Virus record (IMG/VR): IMGVR_UViG_3300045988_144994
Strand: one strand, 5' to 3'
From: a virus
DNA length: 55,971 nucleotides
The notes below the pieces were generated by a model. It was not told where the DNA came from and ran no database searches. It saw nothing but the letters and a program-made list of their open reading frames with translations. Shown here piece after piece: positions 6,275 to 15,031 of the stretch. Each line of letters begins with the position of its first letter. Position 1 is the stretch's first letter. A program made the position numbers and the translations under genes.

Positions 6275-7444
6275 ATGGAAACAACAGCACTCTCAACAAC
6301 ACAGGAAGCATTATTACAGGCAAAAGACATCATTGCGCAAAACATTGCAAGTAATGAAAAAGCAAAAGAAGTCGCAAAAATCCTGCTCGCTAAAATAGAA
6401 AACACCCCTATCTCAGACACTCCGGAAGTCCGGTTCCTAGACGAAGAGTGTAAAACATTCCTCGGAAAGATAAGCAAGACCATTTCGGCCATGACCGACC
6501 GCCGGAAACCAATCACACAGGCATTCGACCAAATCCGGAAACATTTCACCGAACTGGAAAACGAACTGAAAACAGGGGAAGAAATACAGGCAATACAAAA
6601 TTTCAGAAACGCATTTGCCCGGCATATCGCGGAAATCGCCGCAAAAGAGGAAGAGTCTCGGCGTATCAAGGCTGCCACAGAACAGGAGCGCATCGAAATG
6701 CGTGCTTATTTCAAACAAGCCTTTACCAACGACCTGGTAAACACATTAAGCCTTGCATACGATTCGCTTGAAGAAATATTCAACTCCATCACGCTGCAAA
6801 ACTGCGAGCTAAAAAAAGATGAATTGAAAAACTTCTCATCCGAATACAAACCGGCCACTTTCTCATATCCATACAGGAATTACATTACAAAAGAAGAAGA
6901 GATCGCAATCTATGAAGAAATAGCTTCTTCCAAATCTGCCAAAAATGAACTGGAATACAATGAAAAAATCACCGAAAAAATCCGGTACTACCTTGATCGC
7001 GTTGATTCAAAGAAACAAGAATTGTTAGAGATCGCGCAAGCAAATGCCGCGGAAAAAGAACGCATTGCCAAAGAATCGGAAGAAAGGGCAAAACGGGAGG
7101 CCGAAAAAAAGAAACAAGAACTTCTGAATTTCAGCCAAAAACAACAAACAGTCATTGAAGCCGAAAAGACAGAGGCATCCCTCAACACTCTTTTCGACCA
7201 AAACTATTCTTCGCCATCGGTAAATGTAAAAAAGACCCTTTCAATCGAAGTAAACAATCCGGCCGGATACGGACAGATATTCATGTTCTGGTTCGAGCGT
7301 GAAGGAAAGAATCTTACAAACGAAAAGATTGAAAAGAAATCCATCTCACAGATGAAAAAGTTCTGCGAGGACATAGCCAACAAAGACGGTGAAATCATCA
7401 GTTCAAACTTCATCACCTACAAGGAAGTAATCACAGCAAAATAA
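6275..7444 (+). CDS. Long coiled-coil protein of unknown function (RecT-adjacent)
   Basis: 389-aa ORF rich in E/K heptads. It starts 3 nt after the recT stop. Confidence 0.6.
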   Translation: METTALSTTQEALLQAKDIIAQNIASNEKAKEVAKILLAKIENTPISDTPEVRFLDEECKTFLGKISKTISAMTDRRKPITQAFDQIRKHFTELENELKTGEEIQAIQNFRNAFARHIAEIAAKEEESRRIKAATEQERIEMRAYFKQAFTNDLVNTLSLAYDSLEEIFNSITLQNCELKKDELKNFSSEYKPATFSYPYRNYITKEEEIAIYEEIASSKSAKNELEYNEKITEKIRYYLDRVDSKKQELLEIAQANAAEKERIAKESEERAKREAEKKKQELLNFSQKQQTVIEAEKTEASLNTLFDQNYSSPSVNVKKTLSIEVNNPAGYGQIFMFWFEREGKNLTNEKIEKKSISQMKKFCEDIANKDGEIISSNFITYKEVITAK

Positions 7445-7517
7445 AGACCCATACTATAACAGGCCGGAGATATCCAATTCCGATCTGTCTGAATTAAAAC
7501 GTCAGCTTTACGGAGGC

Positions 7518-8087
7518 ATGGAAATAGACCCAGTCCACGCAAAGTTCGGGAATCTGATAGACCACATGATCACTGAGCCGGGAAAGGTAAACTATTTCAA
7601 ATTTACTTGTGCAAGCGAACAAATGACGGAAGATGATTTCAAACAGGCAGAGGAAATGAAAAAAGCGTTTATGCGCGACGAACTTGCCAGCAAGATACTT
7701 CCACTATCAGACACACAGAAAGTCATGATCAACCCCTGTCAAAGATTTGATTATGATGTTCCCTTTACGCTTCCAGTAAGATGTAAATGGGATCTGTGGA
7801 TGCCGTCAATGAATTGGGGAGGGGACATAAAAAGCACCTCCGCAACGACACAGGCGCAATTTGAATCCGCCGTAAGGCAATTCGACTACGACCGGCAAAG
7901 ATTCTTCTACATGAACATCGCAGGATCGGATAAAGATGTCCTGATCGGAATTTCAAAGGAAAACTTTCGTGTCTTCAAGGTATTCATTAAGCGAGGTGAC
8001 GAACTCTGGGAATCCGGCCGACAGAAATGTATGGAACTTGCATTCAAATACTGGACTATGTTCGGAGACTTAAAAAATACGGCATGA
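7518..8087 (+). CDS. PD-(D/E)XK nuclease-like protein (candidate exonuclease partner of RecT)
   Basis: The motif GGDIKSTSATTQAQFESAVRQFDYDRQRFFY fits the D-[IL]-K-[ST]...F...Y..Q..Y pattern of PDDEXK phage nucleases. Confidence 0.55.
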   Translation: MEIDPVHAKFGNLIDHMITEPGKVNYFKFTCASEQMTEDDFKQAEEMKKAFMRDELASKILPLSDTQKVMINPCQRFDYDVPFTLPVRCKWDLWMPSMNWGGDIKSTSATTQAQFESAVRQFDYDRQRFFYMNIAGSDKDVLIGISKENFRVFKVFIKRGDELWESGRQKCMELAFKYWTMFGDLKNTA

Positions 8088-8479
8088 AAATAACACCTAT
8101 CGAAGAACTTGAAAGAGAAGCAGAAGAGATTAATGAATATCTCTCCACCGTACCACCGGAAGAGCCTAATCTAGCAATAGAAAGAGGCGGTGAACTTTCT
8201 GCATACATCGCCCGGACAGGAAAAATGCTTGCCGATGCAAAATTTTACCAAGACCAGGCAATCGCACAAAGCATCGTTTACAACCTCGGGAAACAGGCAG
8301 GTTGTCCGGCGTCTGTTTTAAAACAGCTTGTAGAATCTTCCTGTCAGCGTGAAAACCTGTTGGTTAACACTATCGAACGCCTGAATCGTGCCGCAACACA
8401 CCAGCTTGATTGGCTCCGGACGGTCGTAAGCATGGCAAAGGAAGAAATGAGAACTTCAAACGCAATCAGCCAGAAATGA
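8084..8479 (+). CDS. Hypothetical protein
   Basis: The internal ATG (MKITPIEEL) overlaps the upstream stop as ATGA. 131 aa. Confidence 0.55.
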   Translation: MKITPIEELEREAEEINEYLSTVPPEEPNLAIERGGELSAYIARTGKMLADAKFYQDQAIAQSIVYNLGKQAGCPASVLKQLVESSCQRENLLVNTIERLNRAATHQLDWLRTVVSMAKEEMRTSNAISQK

Positions 8480-8730
8480 TACGAAAATGTGATAACTGCG
8501 GAAAAGAATACAATGCAGACCCAAGAAACCTAAAACGTGGTTGGGGACTTTGTTGTAGTAAGAGTTGCGCTGCGAAGAAAAGAGAAAAATCTAAGTCCGG
8601 ATATAATCCTATCCGTGTTGCTATCAATAATAGACGAAGAGTGGAATGGAATATCCCTAAATATCCATTTAGCTATGATGGCGCAGACGATGACCAATGG
8701 GGAGATTGTGAATTTGGAATACACGATTAA
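8476..8730 (+). CDS. Small zinc-ribbon-like protein
   Basis: The internal ATG (MIRKCDNCGKEY...CCSKSC) overlaps the upstream stop as ATGA. It has a CxxC...CC..C pattern. Confidence 0.55.
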   Translation: MIRKCDNCGKEYNADPRNLKRGWGLCCSKSCAAKKREKSKSGYNPIRVAINNRRRVEWNIPKYPFSYDGADDDQWGDCEFGIHD

Positions 8731-8776
8731 ATCATAAAAACAATATCCAACCAAACAACAGAAAAAAAATAAAAAC

Positions 8777-9247
8777 ATGAAGGTTGCAATTAACACAAAT
8801 ACAGAAATGGAAGCTATTTACTTAAAAGTAGATGCTGGTATACGTTATTGGCAAGATGCCTATATCAACGGAAGTCGTGATACCGATTGCGATGAAACAG
8901 ACGGCTATCCCAATATGCCATGTGCTGAATATATAGGAGAACAACATCGTGTTCTTCGTGGAAACGATTGGCGTTGGCAACCGCTTATTGAAATCGAAAC
9001 AGGCAAGATAGTAAACTGGCAGCAAGGAATTACCGCCAATGTTCACTACAAGGTATGTGATGATTTTGCTTGTAAAATTCTCGATGGCGATAAGAAAGTT
9101 ATCACTTCTTACGATGGATATGTGCCCAAGATAATGTGTCCAGCTGATGAAGGATATGGCGACTACATCATTATGAATGTTGACGAAAACGGATTCATTC
9201 AAGACTGGAAGAAAGAATTGATTAGTGGAATTATAGAAGAAGAGTAA
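8777..9247 (+). CDS. Hypothetical protein
   Basis: 156-aa ORF in operon context. No motif recognised. Confidence 0.6.
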   Translation: MKVAINTNTEMEAIYLKVDAGIRYWQDAYINGSRDTDCDETDGYPNMPCAEYIGEQHRVLRGNDWRWQPLIEIETGKIVNWQQGITANVHYKVCDDFACKILDGDKKVITSYDGYVPKIMCPADEGYGDYIIMNVDENGFIQDWKKELISGIIEEE

Positions 9248-9273
9248 AATCTGCCCGAGATTACCGGGCAAAC

Positions 9274-9401
9274 GGATATGTAGCTCAACGGTAGAGCGAC
9301 AGCAAGGAACGGCAGCGCATATAATTGTCACCACAGAAGCGCGGAGTGGCAAGCCTAATCCCCTCGACAGTAGGATGATTGTTCGAATCAATCCATATCC
9401 C
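9274..9401 (+). ncRNA. Oversized tRNA-like RNA B (128 nt): canonical acceptor, D and T arms, with 78 nt in place of the anticodon arm and variable loop
   Basis: Acceptor ggatatg/catatcc (7/7 pairs), ta, D arm gctc-aacggta-gagc, T arm gattg-ttcgaat-caatc, discriminator c. I could not find a 5-bp/7-nt anticodon stem-loop in 9298-9376. Confidence 0.5.
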
Positions 9402-9530
9402 AAACCCTTTATGAAAAATCCGTTTTAAATCCGAGAGTAGGACGAAGATAGCGTATGGTTTTACGGGTTAAATTCCCGATGGCTCTATCTGAAAGGTGAC
9501 GCGAAATCGGACAGGATTAGATTGATGCCT

Positions 9531-9560
9531 TCCCCGGGGAGAAATTCCCGGGGATTTTAT
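9531..9560 (+). terminator. Intrinsic terminator
   Basis: Stem tccccggg/cccgggga (8 bp, 9531-9538/9547-9554) followed by ttttatt. Confidence 0.6.
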
Positions 9561-9570
9561 TAAAAGTGAC

Positions 9571-10020
9571 ATGTATAAGAAACGAAAGAAACCGCTTTTT
9601 GATAAACCTGAAATCAAGGTCAAAAAGAGACCTAATTTAAAGACAAAGCTGGACCGCATATTTTCAGAATTTATCCGATTGAGGGACGCCAACCTACAAG
9701 GATATACGGTATGTATATCATGCGGAAAAATAGTCCCTTGGAAAGAGGCTGATTGTGGTCATTTCGTAAACCGCTCCCACATGGCGACGCGATACCATGA
9801 AAAGAACTGCAACGCACAATGCCGTTCCTGTAACCGCTACGACGAGGGGAACAATATTGGATACGCACGCGGATTGATTAAAAAATATGGACCGGACATT
9901 ATAGAAGAACTGGAGGTACTGAAACACCAATCATCACACTTGACAGACTTCGAGTATCAGGTATTAATCAAAGAATATACACAAAAAGTAAAACAGCTCC
10001 ATGAGGATAAAGGAATCTAA
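9571..10020 (+). CDS. ninG: NinG/Rap-like recombination endonuclease
   Basis: CISCGK...CGHFVNRSH...NCNAQCRSCNRYDEGN fits the lambda NinG family Cys/His pattern. Confidence 0.7.
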   Translation: MYKKRKKPLFDKPEIKVKKRPNLKTKLDRIFSEFIRLRDANLQGYTVCISCGKIVPWKEADCGHFVNRSHMATRYHEKNCNAQCRSCNRYDEGNNIGYARGLIKKYGPDIIEELEVLKHQSSHLTDFEYQVLIKEYTQKVKQLHEDKGI

Positions 10021-11659
10021 CGATTGTTTTGAAATAACATTCGAGTACAACAAAAGGCTGACGTGGGCGGTAAAGAAACTCATGGAAATATGTCCCAGCT
10101 CCGAATATAATCCCAAACGGAAGTCATTCATATTTCCAAAGAGATACGCATCGCAGATTCAGAGGTTCGGACAGAAATACGGATTTGTATTCACCAGAGA
10201 ACACAACAAAGAAGATTGGAAAATCCCGGTACTTCCTGAACTGAAACAGGACATTCCCTTAAAAATGGAATTGTACCCCTATCAGAAACAGGGCGTTGCC
10301 TATAATATTCTCCATAAAAGAACAATCATAGGCGATAAAATGGGGCTTGGAAAGACCTGTCAGGCTATTGCTTCTGTTCTTGCCTTAGATGCTTTTCCAT
10401 GTCTGGTTATCTGCCCTTCTTCCTTAAAAATAAATTGGCAAAGAGAGTGGCACATGTGGACCAACAAAAAGGCGTGCATACTGAATAATTCGAATATCAA
10501 CACATGGTATTTGTTCGCCTCCGGTAAGTCTTTGTTTGGCGACAGCGTAAAAAACGATGTTTTCATCTGCAATTACGAAAGTCTGAAAAAGTATTTCGTT
10601 CAGGATATAGTCACAAAGCCCGGACAAGCCTTCAAATTAAAGGATGTAATATTCACACAGCACATAAACCTGTTCAAGTCTGTAATAATAGACGAAGCGC
10701 ACCGGATAAAAGACCCGACATCACAGCAGAGCAAGTTTACAAAAGGGCTGACGTCAGGAAAGGAAGTCATATTCGCCATATCCGGAACACCGGTAGTGAA
10801 CAAGGCAAAAGACCTCGCTTCCATGTTAGCGATCATCAATCAGGTGGATAAATTCGGAGGATACACAAATTTTTGCGCCGAGTACGGATTCAACGACAAT
10901 ATGGAAGAACTGAACTACAAGCTAAATACGACATGTTTTTATAGCCGGAACAAAAAAGAAGTCCTGAAAGAACTTCCTGATAAAATAAGGACAGTCGTCC
11001 CCTGCGACATAGACAACCGCGAAGAATATGCGTCAGCACTTTCCGACCTTGCCGATTACCTGAAAGAATATCGCGCAGCGACAGATGAACAAGTAAGGAG
11101 ATCAATGCGTGGCGAAACAATGGTAAGAATCGGTGTCCTTAAAAACATATCCGCAAGGGGAAAATTAAATGCCGTAAGGGACTATATAAATGACATGCTA
11201 GAATCAGACGAAAAGATTGTCGTATTCATTCATCAGAAAGAAATAGCCGGATTCCTTACACAGGCATTCCCTGACGCTGTAACAATTACCGGAAACGATG
11301 ATATGGTGACACGGCAGAAAAACATCGACGCATTCCAGAATGATCCGTCGGTAAAACTGATAGTCTGCTCCATCAAAGCCGCCGGAGTTGGATTGACCCT
11401 TACGGCATCCTCCAATGTGGTATTCGTTGAACTTCCGTGGACAGCCGCCGACACCGACCAGTGCGAAGACAGATGCCACCGAATCGGACAGAAAGATTCA
11501 GTCAACTGTGTTTATTTCCTTGGTAAAAACACAATAGACGAAGACATTTACAAAGTCATACAATACAAAAGGGAAATATCAAATACTATCACAGGAGGTA
11601 TCAATGAAGCCATAGAACAGGAATCAGAATTTGACTTATTAATCAAAAACATAAACTAA
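10001..11659 (+). CDS. SNF2-family helicase
   Basis: Walker A-like GLGKTCQAIA, DEAH box IIDEAHRIKD, and C-terminal helicase motifs (...QCEDRCHRIGQK). Confidence 0.85.
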   Translation: MRIKESNDCFEITFEYNKRLTWAVKKLMEICPSSEYNPKRKSFIFPKRYASQIQRFGQKYGFVFTREHNKEDWKIPVLPELKQDIPLKMELYPYQKQGVAYNILHKRTIIGDKMGLGKTCQAIASVLALDAFPCLVICPSSLKINWQREWHMWTNKKACILNNSNINTWYLFASGKSLFGDSVKNDVFICNYESLKKYFVQDIVTKPGQAFKLKDVIFTQHINLFKSVIIDEAHRIKDPTSQQSKFTKGLTSGKEVIFAISGTPVVNKAKDLASMLAIINQVDKFGGYTNFCAEYGFNDNMEELNYKLNTTCFYSRNKKEVLKELPDKIRTVVPCDIDNREEYASALSDLADYLKEYRAATDEQVRRSMRGETMVRIGVLKNISARGKLNAVRDYINDMLESDEKIVVFIHQKEIAGFLTQAFPDAVTITGNDDMVTRQKNIDAFQNDPSVKLIVCSIKAAGVGLTLTASSNVVFVELPWTAADTDQCEDRCHRIGQKDSVNCVYFLGKNTIDEDIYKVIQYKREISNTITGGINEAIEQESEFDLLIKNIN

Positions 11660-11660
11660 C

Positions 11661-11843
11661 ATGAAAATCCCGCTTACCCTCTCCAACCAAATCCTAACCT
11701 TTCTATTCAAAGACAAATCCGGGCTAATCAAATATCTTAAAGAGATACGCGATAGTCCGGTTTCTTTTTCGGATGTAAAAGGGATGGAAAGACAAAGGAA
11801 GGCGGGGATACTGGTTAAGAAACTTGAAAAATTGAAACATTAA
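11661..11843 (+). CDS. Hypothetical small protein
   Basis: 60-aa ORF tightly packed after the helicase gene. Confidence 0.45.
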   Translation: MKIPLTLSNQILTFLFKDKSGLIKYLKEIRDSPVSFSDVKGMERQRKAGILVKKLEKLKH

Positions 11844-11855
11844 AACATTAAAATT

Positions 11856-12332
11856 ATGACAGCAACCTATTTTGAATCCACAGTAAAATACGAAAAAGTA
11901 AATGAGGATGGCAAAGCAAAGAAAGTGACTGAATTATACCTCATAGATGCAATGAGCTTTTCGGAAACAGAAGAAAGGAGTTGCAGGCAGTTATCCGAAA
12001 TAGTTCAGGGGGATTACCTCATTCAAGCCCTGAAACGGTCAAAAATAACAGAATACATTGAATCAAATGACGAAAACGATGACCGACTCTACAAAGCAAC
12101 AGTTAAAATAACCGATAGCGATAACTTCGGCAAAGAGAAAGAATCCTCAATTCATTATCTAGTTGCCGCATCAAACATCAACCGGGCATTGGATAACCTC
12201 GAAAAATCACTGTCAACATTTGTAATACCCTATGAGATAGTAAAAATCGAAGATACGAAGTTTGTAGAAGTGATCCCCTACATACCGGACGACAAAGAAC
12301 GCATACCGGACAATTTAAAACCACAACAATAA
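11856..12332 (+). CDS. Hypothetical protein (DUF4494-like by recollection)
   Basis: 158-aa ORF. The N-terminus TYFESTVKYEKVNEDGK...YLIDA resembles a Bacteroidota phage family. Not verified. Confidence 0.55.
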   Translation: MTATYFESTVKYEKVNEDGKAKKVTELYLIDAMSFSETEERSCRQLSEIVQGDYLIQALKRSKITEYIESNDENDDRLYKATVKITDSDNFGKEKESSIHYLVAASNINRALDNLEKSLSTFVIPYEIVKIEDTKFVEVIPYIPDDKERIPDNLKPQQ

Positions 12333-12350
12333 CACTAAAACTATAATATC

Positions 12351-12740
12351 ATGGAAAAAATCACAGACAAAATTAAATCCTTCGAGGATGCTTGCAAGCA
12401 TCTCGGACTTAACCCTAACGACCTGCCGGTTGTAGATATGCTACCCGAAAAAGATAGAAAATCAATTATTGCATACTACAAGCTGACAATCATTACAAGG
12501 GCACTAAATGAAGGATGGGAACCGGACTTCTCCAACTGGAATGAATACAAGTACTACAATTGGTTTTACGTTGAAGAAAACAAAGACCAGCGTTCCTCGG
12601 GTTTTCGTTGCGACGGTACGGGCTACGCGTGTGCGGACGCGTATGTCGGCTCTCGGCTTTGCTTTAAAAACAGAGAACTGGCTAAATACGCCACAGAACA
12701 ATTCAAAGAACTATACCGTGAATATTTACTTATTCTTTAA
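12351..12740 (+). CDS. Hypothetical protein, paralog 1 of a tandem pair
   Basis: The C-terminus SSGFRCDGTGYACADAYVGSRLCFKN...EQFKELYREY parallels that of the next gene. Confidence 0.6.
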   Translation: MEKITDKIKSFEDACKHLGLNPNDLPVVDMLPEKDRKSIIAYYKLTIITRALNEGWEPDFSNWNEYKYYNWFYVEENKDQRSSGFRCDGTGYACADAYVGSRLCFKNRELAKYATEQFKELYREYLLIL

Positions 12741-12750
12741 AAGAAAAAAC

Positions 12751-13224
12751 ATGGAAAAGACATTAAAGATTACAGAAGAACAAGCCAAAGAGCTTTATCA
12801 GGAAGTATCTCCTAAATTTAAGGAGATACTTGAATTAAACTTTGGCAAGGGTACATTCTTGAAAAACTTTCAAGATACCGTGAAGACCTACGAGGATGCT
12901 TGTGCAATTATTGGTGAAAAGCCGATAGATGAAGAAAATCTGCTAAGTTCAGGGCTTGACAAATCGGATATTGCTTTCATGAAGTTAAAGGCAATATACA
13001 AAGCCGCAAACAAGATGAATAGAAACTGGAAAGCGGATTTTTCCGATTCAAATCAACATAAATATTACCCGTATTTTGTTTGGCGTTCCTCGGGTTTTCG
13101 TTACGTCGTTACGGACTACGCGGTTACGTGCACGAATTTCGGCTCTCGGCTTTGCTGTGGAAATTCGGACGATGCAGAATACATCGGGAAACAATTTGAA
13201 GACTTGTACAACGATTATTTTTGA
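12751..13224 (+). CDS. Hypothetical protein, paralog 2 of a tandem pair
   Basis: Start set at the internal ATG (MEKTLKITEEQ). The C-terminus reads SSGFRYVVTDYAVTCTNFGSRLCCGN...KQFEDLYNDY. Confidence 0.6.
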   Translation: MEKTLKITEEQAKELYQEVSPKFKEILELNFGKGTFLKNFQDTVKTYEDACAIIGEKPIDEENLLSSGLDKSDIAFMKLKAIYKAANKMNRNWKADFSDSNQHKYYPYFVWRSSGFRYVVTDYAVTCTNFGSRLCCGNSDDAEYIGKQFEDLYNDYF

Positions 13225-13251
13225 TAATGGAGAACACAGAATTAAATCGGA

Positions 13252-13464
13252 ATGAGCAATAATTTATTCACACCAGAAGACAGCGAGCGGATAGAATTAC
13301 TCTGTCAGCTTAATCGCTTAGAGGCTCCCGTAGAAAAGTTACGGGAGCTTGTTGTTTATACAGAAAAATATAACCGCAAAAAGGAAAGGGAGGAGGGAAA
13401 GAAACAACATCCTGAACGGTTTCCCCGGGGTTCCATTCCCCGGCAGGGACAAATCTTACATTAA
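13252..13464 (+). CDS. Hypothetical small protein
   Basis: 70-aa ORF. Confidence 0.45.
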   Translation: MSNNLFTPEDSERIELLCQLNRLEAPVEKLRELVVYTEKYNRKKEREEGKKQHPERFPRGSIPRQGQILH

Positions 13465-13507
13465 ATTTTGCAATTATGGATAATAGCCGTATATTTGTGG
13501 TGTTCAA

Positions 13508-13717
13508 CTGCCAAGACGAACAACATAAATTACGTTAGAAGGGTGTTTTTATGCCCTATTATTTCTTGAATTTTCAAGTAAAATATAGGCCGTCGAAATT
13601 CCTTCGTTGCATAGCCCTTCATCGTAAGTGTTATGTTCGTCTTGGCAGATAACGGGAAAGTCGGCGGCTTTCTTATTTTTATTAACTTATAATTCATCAA
13701 CGTAATGCCAAGACGAA
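13508..13717 (+). promoter_or_regulatory. Leader element E1: start-mimic / anti-start / start triad
   Basis: ctgccaagacgaaca (13508-13522) pairs with tgttcgtcttggcag (13634-13648). Inner helices are ttacg/cgtaa and gaaggg/cccttc. A small hairpin gaaag-tcggcgg-ctttc plus a T-rich run lies at 13656-13683. tgccaagacgaa recurs at ATG 13705 (copy 13706-13717). Confidence 0.5.
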
Positions 13718-13998
13718 GTGAATCTGTAAGTAATGTGAATCATAGTACCATTACAGCACGTCCACCCCGACGAAACGAGGGTAAATTACTTTCCGAAGTA
13801 AAAGAGTTGCAACAACAACTAATCCAAGTAAGACAAAAATTAGAGATCGAAAAGAACTGCAAGAATCAGGCGTATTACTTTATTCTCAGTTCCGGCAACT
13901 TCAGAAAGTTTGCTGAGTTCCACAAAACGCATAAGGCAAGCCTTGATTATCACGGAGCTTGCATGGCGCAGCTTTATCTTGATTCGTTTGAAAAATAA
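13705..13998 (+). CDS. Small coiled-coil protein
   Basis: 97-aa ORF. Its layout is similar to the 4783 ORF. Confidence 0.6.
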   Translation: MPRRSESVSNVNHSTITARPPRRNEGKLLSEVKELQQQLIQVRQKLEIEKNCKNQAYYFILSSGNFRKFAEFHKTHKASLDYHGACMAQLYLDSFEK

Positions 13999-14013
13999 GT
14001 AAACCACACAAAT

Positions 14014-14727
14014 ATGGAAGAATTGATTATTACTTCTAACGATGGTAGAATGTCATCGTTAGAAATTGCACAGATTACCGAAAGAGAACACAAAGATGTC
14101 ATGCGTTCAATTCGAAACATGGAAGAATCTTGGTTAAAAATAGCCGGGCGCAATTTTGCGCTGGGCACGTATAAAGATGCTAATAAGCAAGATAGACCAT
14201 GCTATTATCTGACAAAAACCGAATGTTTATATGTCGCAACAAAATTCAATGACGAAGCAAGGGCTAAATTGGTTTTACGTTGGGAACAATTAGAAATAGA
14301 AAAGCGAACAGAACAAAGCAATCTTTCCCCGGCTGAAATGCTTCTCAAACAATGTCAGATCATGGTAGAACATGAAAAGAGATTGTCAACCGTTGAGCAG
14401 AAAGTTAATGAGGTATTAGCTATTCGGGAAGAAGCGCAGAAAGACATGTTATCACTCCCTCTTTCTACTGATGCTGTTCCTGAATTAAGCATGAGAGATA
14501 AAGTCCTTGCTTTGGTAAACAAATATTCCATGCACTTCAATGTTCCTCAAAAGAATGTGTGGGACCATATTTACCAAACCCTTTATTACAATTATCATAT
14601 TGCACTGCGTTCCTACGCCAGAAAGAAAAATGAGAGTCTTATTGATGTAGCTGAACGTGTAGGCGCATTGGATAAAATGTACGCAATTATTTCAAACCTA
14701 TCAAGGCAAAACGGATTAGTAGCATAA
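14014..14727 (+). CDS. Rha-family phage regulatory protein
   Basis: The N-terminus ITSNDGRMSSLEIAQITEREHKDVMRSIRNM is typical of the Rha family. Confidence 0.7.
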   Translation: MEELIITSNDGRMSSLEIAQITEREHKDVMRSIRNMEESWLKIAGRNFALGTYKDANKQDRPCYYLTKTECLYVATKFNDEARAKLVLRWEQLEIEKRTEQSNLSPAEMLLKQCQIMVEHEKRLSTVEQKVNEVLAIREEAQKDMLSLPLSTDAVPELSMRDKVLALVNKYSMHFNVPQKNVWDHIYQTLYYNYHIALRSYARKKNESLIDVAERVGALDKMYAIISNLSRQNGLVA

Positions 14728-15031
14728 ATTCCTCTTTAATAAAGAATCAGCATGAATATAAAAGGACAGATAAAGTTAAGGGTGGATGCCGTTAACACCC
14801 ACCCATGGTTAGAACTATTTCCGTACTCTTACAGTTGTTCTTACAGTAGTACGTACTTGGGTTCTAACCCGAACTTGGATTTTAGCCATGATGTTACTTT
14901 TAAGTTTAACAAAAAGGAGGTTTACTCCCCGGCCCGCTTTGAGCCCCCTTTATTACTCGCTGCGGTACGGGCTAAAGTCCGCTACAAAGTTAACCATTTT
15001 GTAGTATCTGTCCTTTTTAATAATAAAATAT

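Noticed and set aside
9274-9401. Element B (or A) as a tmRNA or a group I intron-containing tRNA
   Set aside because: At 123-128 nt they are far too short for a tmRNA (no tag ORF or pseudoknots) or a group I intron. The 5' and 3' ends pair as in a tRNA.
8822-9403. The 193-aa minus-strand ORF
   Set aside because: It is antisense to the 8777-9247 gene and to tRNA-like element B, with no operon context on the minus strand.
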